Below are positions 11,901 to 23,986 of a stretch of DNA of 64,000 nucleotides, one piece after another (within the stretch, counting starts at the first letter, position 1; every line of letters starts with the position of its first letter). The translations under genes and the position numbers were made by a program. The notes under the pieces are model-generated. The model made no database searches, was not told where the DNA came from, and was given only the letters and a program-made list of their open reading frames with translations. This DNA is from Magallana gigas. Its lineage: Eukaryota. The DNA lies in assembly GCF_963853765.1 (NCBI RefSeq), contig NC_088859.1:36642001-36706000 (forward strand), given 5' to 3'.

Positions 11901-14900
11901 GAATTTTCAAATTTTACAATTTTAACCAAAAAAATTGTTTTAAAATTTTTTTGGAAAGGTGAAAATTTTTAAATCCCCATCGGAAGTCGATGACTTACAG
12001 ATTCGTAGTAAACCCTCTAACTCACTTCTCTATGCTGTAAAGTGACAACTTTTGGAAACTATTTATAAAATTACACTTGATTTTATTGCGATAAATATAA
12101 CGCCACAATATGGTGATGTCCCTTACCAACTTAAATGTGCTAAATTGATGCTATTAAAAACCATGTCGTTGTAAAATATTGGCATTGCCTTCACATGCCA
12201 TAATTAACCTGTAAATCCTTTTATGTGCAGGTGATACTAGACGTCTTAAGGAATACACCTTGTGTAACTTTGAGTATCTGCTGTCAATGATCGATTCTTC
12301 GTCGGTAAACACGGTTCTTCAGAATTTCCGACTAGCCATGTCCAGACTCGTTGATGCTGAAATCTTCCTGATTTATAACTGCTTGTTAAAATCAGGTCCC
12401 GTGCTGATGCGACAACCTACACAATTAGCCAACGAGCTAATTGGTTACTTGAAAGAAATCAAAGGTGACATTATCGGTGACATTCTCGTTCACCTCTAGA
12501 GACCATACAGTTATGGATCGCAATTTTTCACATGTAGAATGTATCAACTACGTACGCAGTTGTACCATTAATTTAATAGTTTATAGAAAAGTAAAGTACT
12601 AATTTATGATTAGAAGTTATGCTGTAATAAGTTTCGTTCTTGGTCTCTTTAAACTCTACTTCAAATATCCTATACATGTATTTATGATATTTCAAGCTGA
12701 AAGATTGATAAAGTTTTAATTTTATTCCATTCAAGATAAGATCAATGTCCTGAGAGAAATTAAATGTCTTTCAATGAACTTTAAAAAATATGTATCATAT
12801 TTTCAATATTTTTTCAGACTATTTTCCATTATATGTTGAACCTCTTGTGACCCAAAGTATGCAGTGGTGTGATACATATAGCGAGCCATTATTCATTCCT
12901 ATGACGTCATGGTTACCCAGTCCTTACCTGCCTCTTGTTGCTTCATTGGACTGTGTAGATGGCGCCAACCTTATCGCACCACTGCGCAATAATCAACATA
13001 TCCTCTGTTCATATGGTCTCCTTGATATTGCGATGTACCATGTACCGTCCAAAAAGTTGCTCAAGTTGTTTTCTGGTAAATATTATTGCCCGTTACTTGT
13101 TCTGAATCTTTAAAACAGATTAATTCTAGTTCGATGTATTTTAAAAGTTCAATTTGTCTGAATCAGGCCACAGAAGCAGTGTAAGATGCATTATTCTGTC
13201 ACACAATGAGCAATATTGTATCAGTGGTTCAGAAGATTGCACCATCAGGTTCTGGAAATTTGCTGAAGGATTGTGCACTAGAGTCATTAGGTAAATAATC
13301 TGTACAGGATAACAATAAAGGTGGCAAAATATAACTTTTCAGTATTTAAAACTTTGTATGTGGCATATTTTTTAGTAAACATACTGTGGTTTCATTAATT
13401 TTCGTGGGTATCAATTTTCGTGGATTTTCTGAAAACCACAGTTTCAAGGATACGTAATTTCGTGACCAATGATCCAATCAATACAAAATGTTAGTAGAAA
13501 TTGAACTTCAATGAACATTCAATTTCGTGGATCAACTTAACAACGAAATCCACGAAAATTGGTATTCAACGAATATTGATGAAACCACAGTATGAGAGCT
13601 ACGTCTGTTAACACTATTAGGAATGAATAATATAACAGCCTGTACATGTGTCATAAAACGCGATTGGCTATCATACATTTTTTAAAATCTTTTTAGAGAA
13701 CATCTTGGGGCTGTTCTTTGTCTGACGATGACCCCGGATGATGACATCATAATAAGTGGATCTGATGATACGACGATTGTCGTGTTCTCAGTCATGAGTG
13801 GAAAACGAATCGATGTTCTGAAAGGACACACGAAAGCTGTGACGGCATTGAAGCTGAATAGCACTGCTGACCTTCTAGCATCAGGTAAACTATGAAAATT
13901 GTAACCCTTGAAGCATGAACAAAAATATCAATTATCAAATCAAATGATTAAGTAATCTCAATATCAAAATAAAAACGAGGACTTCTGAAGGGTGACTACA
14001 GCTACACAAAAAAAGTATTTTTAAGTAAACTTAATAAAAAAAATTTGAATTGGGAAAAGAATAATCAATTTAATGTGTATCTTGCAGCGTCTCGTGACAC
14101 TAAGATAATTGTTTGGTGCATGCAAGAAAAGGTCCAACTGCTGTCGGTGGATGATATTCATTCACCAATATCTTGCATGGATTTGACAATGGATAATACA
14201 TTTTTGCTTGCAGGTATAATCTATTATCTTTTATAGACATACAAAATAAAAGAATGTTCATTTGTCTAAAAAACAATGAAGCCGAGTAACTTGTACCAAG
14301 GTTTTAAGGACATTAAAAAAATCATATTCATGAAATAGGAATAAAAATTAATGTTCTGTCATAATCATCACTGATTTCATTAATTTATGATATAATATAA
14401 AAATTTATTGCATCATAATATTTTAAAGGCTGCGAAGACAGCAGTCTAAATGTACTGTCATTCACCACGGGGTCTTGGATTCATCAACTTAAAGGTCACA
14501 AAGGATGGGTGAGCATTCAGAAATTAATTCTACTTGTAACGACAGAAACTATTATTATTATTCTTCAATGTTATGGGAACCGAAAAGTTGTGTTGTATGA
14601 TGTATTCTTTGTAACACAAATGAATATTCTTTTTGCTATTTAATATCCATTTCTCGAAAATCGGAGGAAAAGATTCAAGTCATAATGAAATATTGATTGG
14701 TTATACTTAAAGGTAAGGTCTTTAGCTCTGGCTAATAACTGTAACCACGTGTTTGCTGGCTGCCAGGACAACCTGATTTACATGTACAATTTTCGGACCA
14801 CTGAACTGTTAGATGTCTTCAACGGTCACACTTCCTCTGTGACGGATATCAGAATGTCCAAGGATCAGTCGCTCATCTTCACAGCATCCGAGGTTGTGAA

Positions 14901-17900
14901 AATCCTATATCTAAAGATTAACTGTCCATTAACGGCTAAATTTTGTTTCATCTTCACTCCAAATAAATCGAAAATGTTGCAAATTAATATTAATACTCCG
15001 TATATCTCTATTCTTTGGTATGATGCTCAATGAAACGTTGCAAGAATTGGATTTTTCCATCATGAAAGTGCAATTGGCGTGAAATATTTTCCACAAATTG
15101 ACAACGATAATAATAAAATAGTTTATTTTTGGTGGATGAAAGCAAAATTTATCGATAATTGTCAAAGCTATCATTTCAGGGAAAGATAAATTTATGGAGT
15201 TTTTTGCCCAAAATGACAAAGCACGTCAAAAGTGACGAACATAAATGCATGATAACATGTGTGGCAGTTACGAGTGATGGAAAAATCGGAATGTCAGGTA
15301 CACACTAGTTAAGGGTGACTTCATTTCCCAGAGGAGGGCTGGATGGTACCACATAGCTAATGTAAGGTTAAATAGATCTCCTTCAGACAAGAGCTCTATA
15401 ATATAAAGTTACATTTATAACAAAATAATCATTTTAACCTACAAGTATTTGGATTTTTTAAGTACTAATAAAAAGCGTTTCGCCAAAATTATTAATGTCA
15501 ACTTTTGAGGCGGGTCTGATCGAGAAAATGTAAAGAAAATAATATGTAACCCTAACGCTTTGGTAAAGAACAAACGTTATTTATTTCACTCAGTGTTTTC
15601 TCTCTCTCGTTAACGTAGGATCAGCCATATGTATTGAAAATACATTTAATTCCTTGATTAATGATCAATTAGTCTTGCTAAATAAAAAAGAAAACTATGC
15701 ACAAAAATGTGTTTAATTTCATTGAGCTTATGTATCTGGCCTTTAAGGGGGTACTGATGGCGAAGTAAAGCTATGGGATCTGGAGACAAATACTTATTCA
15801 GAGAGCTTTCTTGGTCACAGCGGAGCTGTTGCTAGCATAGAGCCTGCTTCTAATGGTGCGTTTACAGTCACATCAGCGGAAGACAGGAAAATCAAAGTCT
15901 GGAGTATGACTCTGGCTATCGTCATTACAAACTATGAGGTATTTGTCGAACTTTGATAACGGAAGAAAAAGCTTGTTCTAGCCATTAAACCGAATTCTGC
16001 TCTTATTCTGTATATCACTGACATTGATTTCCCATCTTAAAACCTGACTAAGACTTTTATTGCATATGCTTGCAAATTGGGTATGATGTTGCCATAAAAG
16101 TAAAGTTTATGCTTATCAATGGTCGTCAAGTTGCGGGTGGCACACTTATATGAAACTGTATATGACTAATAAATTCCTCTTTCCTTTATAGTAAAATTGG
16201 CTTTCTAATGGAAGATGTCTATATTTTGTAGAAACATGACAGTTTTGTTCGACAAATTAAGATAATAGAAAATGATATGCAAATTTTATCCTACGATGTT
16301 ATGGGACATTTCCACTTGTGGCAAGCTGAGGATGGAGCGACTCTTATATCGTTTGACAGACATGCATTTACATTCATTTTATCTACAGACTGTCAACTTC
16401 TTGTTACAGCAAGGGGAGATAACTGGTACGAGATCTGTCGTGGAAAAAAAGTAACAATTAATGTAATTTTTACGTTTTTCAATGCTTTAATGTATTTTTG
16501 ACTTCTTAACAAGTGCACGAGTTTGGAAGACGAAATCAGGGACTTTGGTCACTGGGATATGTCATTCGGAGAAGATCACGTGCATGTGTTGTGATATCAG
16601 AGACAAATACCTTGTGACCGGGTCAGAGGATAAATCTTGCAAGGTGTGGGACCTTACCACTGGAAAACTCACACAGGTACACATGAACTATCACACGTGT
16701 CAAAACTGAACATTACGCAAGAAGAATACTTTTATAGAGACAGATGTGATACTCTTTCTTTTCCCAATTTGTTAACACATGTGATCGTTATACATTCCAG
16801 GTCTTAGTCGAGCACAGTACATGTGTAATCAAAGTAACCATCAAAAGTGATAGTAGCACTGTCATATCAGGGGCCAGCGACGGGTGCATCATGGTTTGGG
16901 AGGTATCCAGTGGGGAGTGTATACATAAACTAAATACCCACACGTCATGTATTACCTCGCTTAAATTTCTGTCCAACGAACAATTTGTCATATCATGTAA
17001 GATTTATTACAGTAGTTTAACTTTTTCAACTTTTTAGAAGAACAAGATGATTACATTTGAAGCAGAAAAGTAACTTTCAATACCCTCATTAAATATGATG
17101 ACCAATGGAATCGGTAATGAATTACATATTTTTAAACAAATATTTTAAAACTTTGCTTTTTTTACTAAACGGTGTCAAGTTGCCTTTTGGATATTATAAG
17201 AAAAACATACATCTTCGTCTGCAATAAGAATCTACAGTTGAATCTATAATTTTTCCTTCGTTCACAGCGTCCAAAGATGGAACCATTAGACTATGGGATG
17301 TGGTTTTGGGTCTGCATGTAGCAATGATCGACATGCATCACCCGGTATTGAGTTGCAGTATGTCGGAGAACTGTTGTAGATTCGTCGTTCATTTAGAGAA
17401 CTGTAAGCGTGTGCCGTTGCTATGTCTACATAACTGTCCGGAACCTACCAACTCCTCCACGTCTGAACCGAACTTCAGCTATACCAATAGAAATGAAGGT
17501 ATGTTCCAACATTTCTGATATTGACGTGGTTGAAATAAAAACCGTTATAAGATTGTGATGGAACCTTGTTCGCCATTCATTTGAAAAAACGAACTACTTT
17601 TTACATGTTGAATACTGATGAGACTTGCATTGATTTGTAGACACGAGTCCTATCTTACCAATACATCCTAAGATTTCATCCTGTGATCGGTACTCTATAT
17701 TATACCCGGTACCCAAAAGATCTAACCCCCGCGTGTCCACCGCCTCACCTTTACCTGAAATAGTCAGAGTATGTGTACTATCATTCTTTTCTCTGTCGTG
17801 TTCAGTAGGTAATGAATACTAGTAATTATGATAAGAAGAAGATGGAAGTGTTTTAATACTGAGTGTACACACTGTCCATAATTAGTTTAAATGTTTACAG

Positions 17901-18060
17901 TGCTGTTGTATTAATTCTTTTATTTTCACAGCTTTCGCCAATCAGGGCACCAAAAAAGTATCAGACTAAGTCAACAAAACGAACGCATCTTAGGGTAAAT
18001 ATGCCCAGCCGAAGAGGAAATCCGAGCTCCAATGCATCGGCGCTGTGTACAATTGTTTGA
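2969..18060 (+). CDS. NACHT domain- and WD40 repeat-containing protein (NWD1/NWD2-like STAND NTPase), 23 coding exons, about 1645 aa
   Basis: Exons 2969-3095, 4096-4298, 4723-4822, 4940-5042, 5177-5328, 5468-5542, 5686-7020, 7101-7403, 12231-12464, 12818-13075, 13167-13290, 13697-13884, 14088-14213, 14429-14508, 14713-14892, 15180-15297, 15748-15938, 16232-16425, 16514-16676, 16801-16996, 17268-17498, 17641-17768, 17932-18060. All GT-AG and phase-compatible (sum 4938 nt). N-terminal DUF4062-like motifs (ER..L...FP.L, SGPFFICLLGSKYG..PLP, WY..DE), Walker A GDPGCGKS, Walker B LVIMLDG, many GH...WD-type repeats (e.g. GHRSSVRC...SGSEDCTIRFW, GSEDKSCKVWD). Start codon and exon 4/5 junction are less certain. 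Confidence 0.9.
7903..10717 (-). CDS. LINE ORF2 3' portion: endonuclease C-terminus, reverse transcriptase and C-terminal Cys/His motif
   Basis: 952-aa ORF with NYRPITLL, QAGFR, AFIDFEKAFDSV, GVRQGENLSPFLF, LLYADD and FKYLG. Its first ~15 listed residues (to 10761) come from the inserted hairpin element, not the LINE. Confidence 0.9.
10718..11088. mobile_element. Hairpin-ended non-autonomous element (371 bp) inserted into the LINE
   Basis: 64-bp inverted arms (10720-10783 / 10797-10860, 3 mismatches) around a GACGCGAAGCGGA loop; CCAATCAG motif near the other end; TA duplicated at 10716-17 and 11089-90. Confidence 0.85.
11091..11457 (-). pseudogene. LINE endonuclease fragment separated from the RT ORF by an insertion
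   Basis: Reads ...GTVYIPP...CLLGDFNSR...SKDNIVNCYGKKLIDICKHCNIIIL. Joins in frame to NGRSMGD when 10718-11090 is removed. Confidence 0.85.
11835..12134. mobile_element. Degenerate TTAA-flanked MITE carrying an antisense tRNA-like segment
   Basis: Ends TTAAGATGTTATGAGAAATCT and the reverse complement TTAAGTTGGTAAGGGACATCA are imperfect TIRs. Minus strand ~12037-11977 resembles a decayed tRNA (AGCATAGAGAAGTGAGTTAGAGGGTTTACTACGAATCTGTAAGTCATCGACTTCCGAT). Confidence 0.45.
13382..13592. mobile_element. Tc1/mariner-type MITE (TA-CTGTGG...CCACAG-TA) in an NWD intron
   Basis: ~50-bp TIRs (ctgtggtttcattaattttcgtgg / reverse complement of ...cgaatattgatgaaaccacag), TA at both ends, internal AATTTCGTG repeats. 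Confidence 0.8.
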
Positions 18061-18218
18061 CTGGGCGACGATCGACGCTACATATATTACATCAATATGA
18101 ACATTTTTGCATGATAATAAAAAGAAACTCGTCTCTCATATTTTCGTTAGTTTTTTTTTTTTGTCAAAATGTATTTATTGAACACAGACTGGGTTAACAC
18201 AATTCCATTCTAATGAAA

Positions 18219-20633
18219 TTATCCATTTTTATCATCTTCTCGTAATTTTTTCGCTAAAGTAGTCAAATCATCATGGGTGAAGGCATGGTGATTGCTGTCG
18301 TAGTATTTCCGGAATGCCTTAGCAAGATATTTTGAATAAAACCATGGTTCGGCAAACCATGCGTCAAAAACTCCGTATTGTCCATGTTTATCAAAACGTC
18401 TAGGAGCTGGGCATCCATAGTGATCTATATTTGCTGTTCTTGGCGTTATAGGTTTATTTTGCGCACGCGCATTTTGTATTTCGTGGATTTTACGGCATAT
18501 AAAACAGTCAAAGCCAGCCATGTGAGAATAGAACTTTTTAGGATTTTTCTGAACGGCACTGAAATCTCCCCATTCACGAGCCTCTATGTGTGAAATTAAG
18601 AACTCGTTGTCAATTTTATTGGTAGATTTGAATTTTAGGAATTGGTTGTATTTATCGTTGTTCTTATCTAAATCTATAAGATATTCGGCCAGGTCTTTCG
18701 CACTTGGAAAGTCCGATACCAATATTGCCGATTTGTTAGAGGGAAGAAAGTCCTGGAAAAAATTTTGGTTGTTGCACATTAGAAACAGAAAAGATTGAAT
18801 AAAAAGCAGTTTTAATGTAAATATGATTGTTGATATAAAAAAAAATAATTTAAACTATATACTGTCATTTGAAAATTAATTCCTACCTTGACTTTGGGAG
18901 AACCAAATACTATCGGCACGGACCCAAGTCTGAGTGGGCGCCATAACTTCTCTGTCATATAGTCATCACAAATAGCATTCTCCATGGCCAACGTGAATTT
19001 GTATTTTGCCGCAAGTTTGTGAAAATCGTCATGATGCATTCCAGCCATGCTTTTACCAATATCAAATCTAATGCTACAAGACAAATATATAAAACAAACC
19101 CTAAAAATTGTCTAAAGACGAGAAAAATGAAAACGCCAATTCCTAACTTTATGTCACTTTCAGACAAATGAAAGGAAAACCAGTAAAAATCAATACATAT
19201 ACTATTACTACTCTTCAACTAGTATATTATATTTACTGTTCGGGTAAGTCCTTGTTATGCAGACACCTCCCATACGAGTCTACAGGGATGTACTTCTGGA
19301 GGAGTTTAACATACTCGTCCCTGTCTGACGGGGCGCCACAATCACTCTGGACGTACAGTACAGGGGCCAGGTTCTCTGATCTCCTCAGCCGAGACTTGGT
19401 CTCCGTGTCCACAACGTACCGGGTGTCCTATACCACAAAGTTAAACAAAGCTCGTAGTGGCGTAAATTACATTCAATTTGATGTAAAAAATAGATCATAC
19501 ATTTAGAACCATTTTAACAAATGCTTGGACTTTCAATTGGACGTAGTACATCTAATTTCTTGCATGAAAACAAGTTAAAAATGACGCGGTTTCAAGCGAA
19601 ATATACACCGATTGCGTAGTCTTAACTCAAAAGCCAGACAAATCCTGTTATTTTCAAAGAGCCATGTCTGAGTGGCTAGCAATGAAGTGGATAGGCCTAC
19701 GTCACATTGCTGTTTGAAACAACTAACTCAAAGTCCAAGCTCTTGTTAAAATTGTTCTAATAACTGCTAACTTCTTTTCAGAGGGCTCGATGTTGTTGGC
19801 CATTTTTAGACTGTATTGGTTTCCTTTAGAAGTAGAGCTTTATTTTTAAAACATAGGAAAATATCCAAATTTAAAAGGTAAAATACATGGGGTTTATTCT
19901 CTTTACTAAATACATGTAATTGATTATACCAGAAAATATCATATCTTAATAATTTTAGGCAGATCTGATCGGTTCTTTGTTGACTACCCAGCCTCCTTAA
20001 TGCTCGAAGCTTTTATCAACATGGATTCAATGTTTCTAGTAGAAACATTGAATTCATATTGATAAAAGCTTCGAGCATTAAGGTGTAATTACAAAATTTA
20101 TTTAGTTGTCATGTTGTAAATTTTGTATTTATACCCACCCAGTAAATTCAAAACTTTCTACAGACTGTCATGTTGTAAATTTTGAATTTACTGGGTGGTC
20201 GTAAATATAAAATTTACAACATGACAACTAAATAAATTTTGTAATTACACCCACCAAGTAAATTCAAAATCTACAACATAACAAGACTGTATAAAATGGC
20301 TATCTTCAGACCCTACATGTCTTAATTTTAGACTGTTTTCCGGTGTCTAGCTGTATGCACTGTCTGGGTACTCACCAGCAGGTAATCCAGATTGGGTAGG
20401 TGTTGTGTAGATAGGGGATAGTCAGACTGGCGTTTAAACGTGGATGTGTAATTAAATAAAGAAATCACGTCCTCGTGGGAAAACATGTAATCGTTGTTTT
20501 TGGGAGATTCTTCGTGTTTTAATGCCCAGATTTGATTTGGCTTCCGAGGAAGTGGCATATCAGCAAGCTCTAATGAAGTCCCATAAAAAACTATTGCCTA
20601 AAGAAGAAATAATAATAATTTCTGTGAATTGTG

Positions 20634-20685
<52 letters not shown>

Positions 20686-21355
20686 ATATACAGTATATAG
20701 ATTATTATTGTGTGATGATGCAAACGCCTTTATTGATCTATGTCAGATTGATTATGTCTTCATTGATTACTGTTTCGTAAAATACAATCTTTTTTCTCAA
20801 AATATCAAGATGCTAATCAGTCATTTATGATTCAGTCGTAACTTGAGCATACGTTAGAGGACCCAAACTCACCTGGACATCGTTCTGAAACTGCAGTGAT
20901 CTATCAACACTGACTCGACATTGTACGTTTCCACAGGTAATCTCCTCATCCGATTTCCCGCCATAAGTAGTCCACCACAGTATAATAGGTTTATCAACGA
21001 TCACCACTGGGTCGATGTTTGGGCCTAATGAAACTTGATCATGATGTAAGACTGACGTAATGACTAGAAGGAAAAAAATACTCACTGATCAAAAAGTTGT
21101 ACATCAAAATAAATATGATGTATATTTCTATTTGATATTTCATATTGTACCAATGCATGTTCCTAGTACCACACAACATCCAATTAAAAGGATATTTAAT
21201 TACGACAGCGCGGTAAGAACCATCGTTTTCAGTTTCTTGCAGACATACAGAAAGCTAATATCAATCTAATCTGTGTCTAAAATGGGAGAGGATACCGGAT
21301 CAATATCAGTTAATTAGTCATAGCTTTACATGAGGTTCTGTTAGATAAGTGTCAG

Positions 21356-21451
<96 letters not shown>

Positions 21452-22876
21452 CAAGCATGCATGTTGTTTATGTACCAGAAATTCATTACATTGTCAACAA
21501 TTTAGAGAATGTTTTCATTTCCATTTTAAAAACAGGCTTTGGAAGAAACTGTGAATGTATACAAATATAAATACTTGTAAATTTACCATAGTATAGGACA
21601 ATCACCAAAGGAACTGAACAACACCAGCATAAATACGAGTTGCGCAGTTGGTATTTTCGCAGTTTTCTGAAACAAATATCAAAAGTTAATTTATTAAAAC
21701 TAAAGAAATCGAAATCAAACAATTCATTCGTACGTATCTAATTAGCATCGATTACTATTTATACATCTTATTCACAAATAAATGAAGTTTTTAACGCCAT
21801 ACCTCATTAACCACGTCATCTTGCCAGTTTTGACTCCTGAAAAGTCAAAATGTAAACATTTTCTATATTATCAGTGAAGAAAAACTGCTAAACTATACCC
21901 ACGTGGCAAAAGGTATCGCTAAATTGATAATTATTGTGCTCAATTTTTTTTTATACAGGTACACTTTCAATGATTTTTCAAAATCAATCAAAGAGGAGAT
22001 GTTCGCTTTCGATTGACAATAGAACTATCCTAACTTTTCAGTATTTAACGTAATTCAAAAGTGTTACATCCGATCATACTAATGACAAGATCTTGCATTT
22101 GGTTATAGATGTTGTTTTATGATTAACGTGTTAGAGGATGGATAACATGCACATTAATAATACTTAATTTTAAATAAAAGTACCGTTTGATTTCGAAAAT
22201 TGACGACTCTCCGATTTGTCCTCATCACTGTCTTCTTTGCTGTGATGTCCTCTTCTCATCTACAGAATAAAAATTATTTTGACACAACAGTGTTGAAAAA
22301 CCTGAATACGTGACGTTCTTCATTTTGCTACAGAGTTATCTGTCCTAAATAATTTCAGTGGTGTGAAGCAATCAATGAAGTTCATCTTACTTAATATTAT
22401 ACATGTAATATTTAATCTGTCAAATACGAGTGAAGATATAAACGTTTTACCCAAATTCAATGAGAAAATCTAATTTCTTCTGGTTGGAATTCATACAAAA
22501 ATGGATATATTTTCAAACATGTATAATTCATGTCTCAATAGGCCAGTAAATAATGCGTGAGGTTTATCTATATGGCAAGAGGTTGTATTGATTAGATAGT
22601 CCTGGTTGGTTTATTCGTAACTAAAACCATCATATATTTTTTTGTCCGCGGTCAATACTGCGCAACAGATGTTCAAGACAGTTACAGGGATTGCTTAGCG
22701 TCAACAAAGGGAATGCAATGAATCAAATATAACACACTTAGATTTGTTTACAGTTAAAAATGACACTTGATTTACCTGTGTTTTGTACTGGCGATGACAC
22801 GTGGTCTTCCAGGTAGATAATGACTTGGGATGGCAAATTTGGTGTTGGCAACTTTGGAATTTATTGACAACACCAT
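18219..22876 (-). CDS. FUT10/FUT11-family (GT10) fucosyltransferase, paralog A, about 501 aa
   Basis: Exons 22876-22776 (tentative start), 21666-21587 (TM: [17 protein letters not shown]), 21063-20873, 20597-20376, 19427-19237, 19073-18887, 18752-18219; phases consistent (1506 nt). Motifs [82 protein letters not shown]. Confidence 0.9.
19995..20251. repeat. Two abutting long palindromes (89 bp and 170 bp)
   Basis: 19995-20083: 44-bp arms, 1-nt spacer, 2 mismatches. 20082-20251: ~72-bp arms and a 26-nt loop that repeats part of the arm. Confidence 0.9.
20636..20682. repeat. (CT)n microsatellite
   Basis: Perfect TC/CT run of ~47 bp in FUT-A intron. Confidence 0.95.
21357..21446. repeat. (TA)n microsatellite
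   Basis: Perfect TA run of ~90 bp in FUT-A intron. Confidence 0.95.
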
Positions 22877-23986
22877 GCAGGAAATATATGAATTGAAAAC
22901 AAACGGCAAACCAAAAGTTCTTGCATCAAAATTTAACATTCAAATGCCGAAAACACCGAGATTCGAGTATAAATTTTTATTTTTGATAAGTTAATTTACT
23001 CTTGAGCTAAATACTTAAACTAAATGGATTTAATTTTTTTTTATCATTTTAGTACGCCAGCATAGAGACGAGGATCATACGAGTGGTCGCAGTGATTCAT
23101 CGCTAGATGGTGTTCTTGTTCAGCAGACTGTTCCCTGTATTACCTTTACCTGCTTTATACATATTGCACATACCAATGCTTACATGTACATGCGAAAGAG
23201 TTAGGAGAAGGGAGGGGGTATGGTGAATTTGAGGAAATATATATGAAAAAGGGGGTTTAAAAATGGGTTCATTTATTTTGATTGTGAACTCATCATGCAA
23301 ATATTGATTTAATTACTTTATTTTAAAAAAGAAACGTAATATTTGTGATAGTTTGTGTCAATATCCGATTAATAAGTAAATCAATTTGATCATATATTTC
23401 TATTTGTTGCACTTTTGAAAAAGATTTATGATGCCATTCTTTAAGGGTTCATTGAAGAAGAGTTAACTTTACATTTTATTCAGAAAAATAAGATATATGT
23501 ATCAAAACACGGTATCTCATTTTATGACATATAATGAAGCGGTTGCTTCTGTGCATATTTTTCAATGTTAAAGTTATTACGCGTTTTTCCGCACTCAGAT
23601 TACGCCTAGCCTTTTATAAATTATGCTGATAGGATTTCGTAGAAAAGAGGTTTTGAAGTTCCCTGAACTGAAAAAGATGGAAATGTTTACTTCGAAAAAG
23701 AAAAAGATACCGCTTGAGATGAATATATACATGTATGATGGGGTTTTCTTAATAACGAGAAAAGTCCTTTTTAATTGTCTAAATATACACGCGTAATCTT
23801 TCCTGTTTAAAATAAAAACGACCCTCCTATAATGGAAAATGGTTTTCCACGAGCGCCAAAGACGACTATATGTAGCGATCTACGCGCATCTACATTAATT
23901 TCAAAGTTCGTGTATTGTGTAGAGATAATTTTAAAATACAGGTATTAATAAATGGTACAGTCGTATGTAAGTAGCCATTCAGTTAG

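Noticed and set aside
11977-12037. Functional tRNA gene
   Set aside because: Degenerate A/B boxes and no closable cloverleaf; lies inside a MITE. The SINE head at 59050-59080 likewise lacks its 5' half.
15180-15297. Suspected frameshift in NWD exon 16
   Set aside because: On recount the T-run keeps the frame open (GKINLWSFLPKMTKH…).
20522-20830. ORFs containing SLSLSL or poly-G/P/K runs (also 30990-31244, 48976-49479)
   Set aside because: Translations of microsatellites and MITE homopolymers.
22185-22259. Minus-strand exon-like segment [25 protein letters not shown] as the FUT-A start
   Set aside because: It ends in phase 1, incompatible with the phase-2 TM exon at 21666, whereas 22876-22776 fits. 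It may be an alternative or UTR exon.
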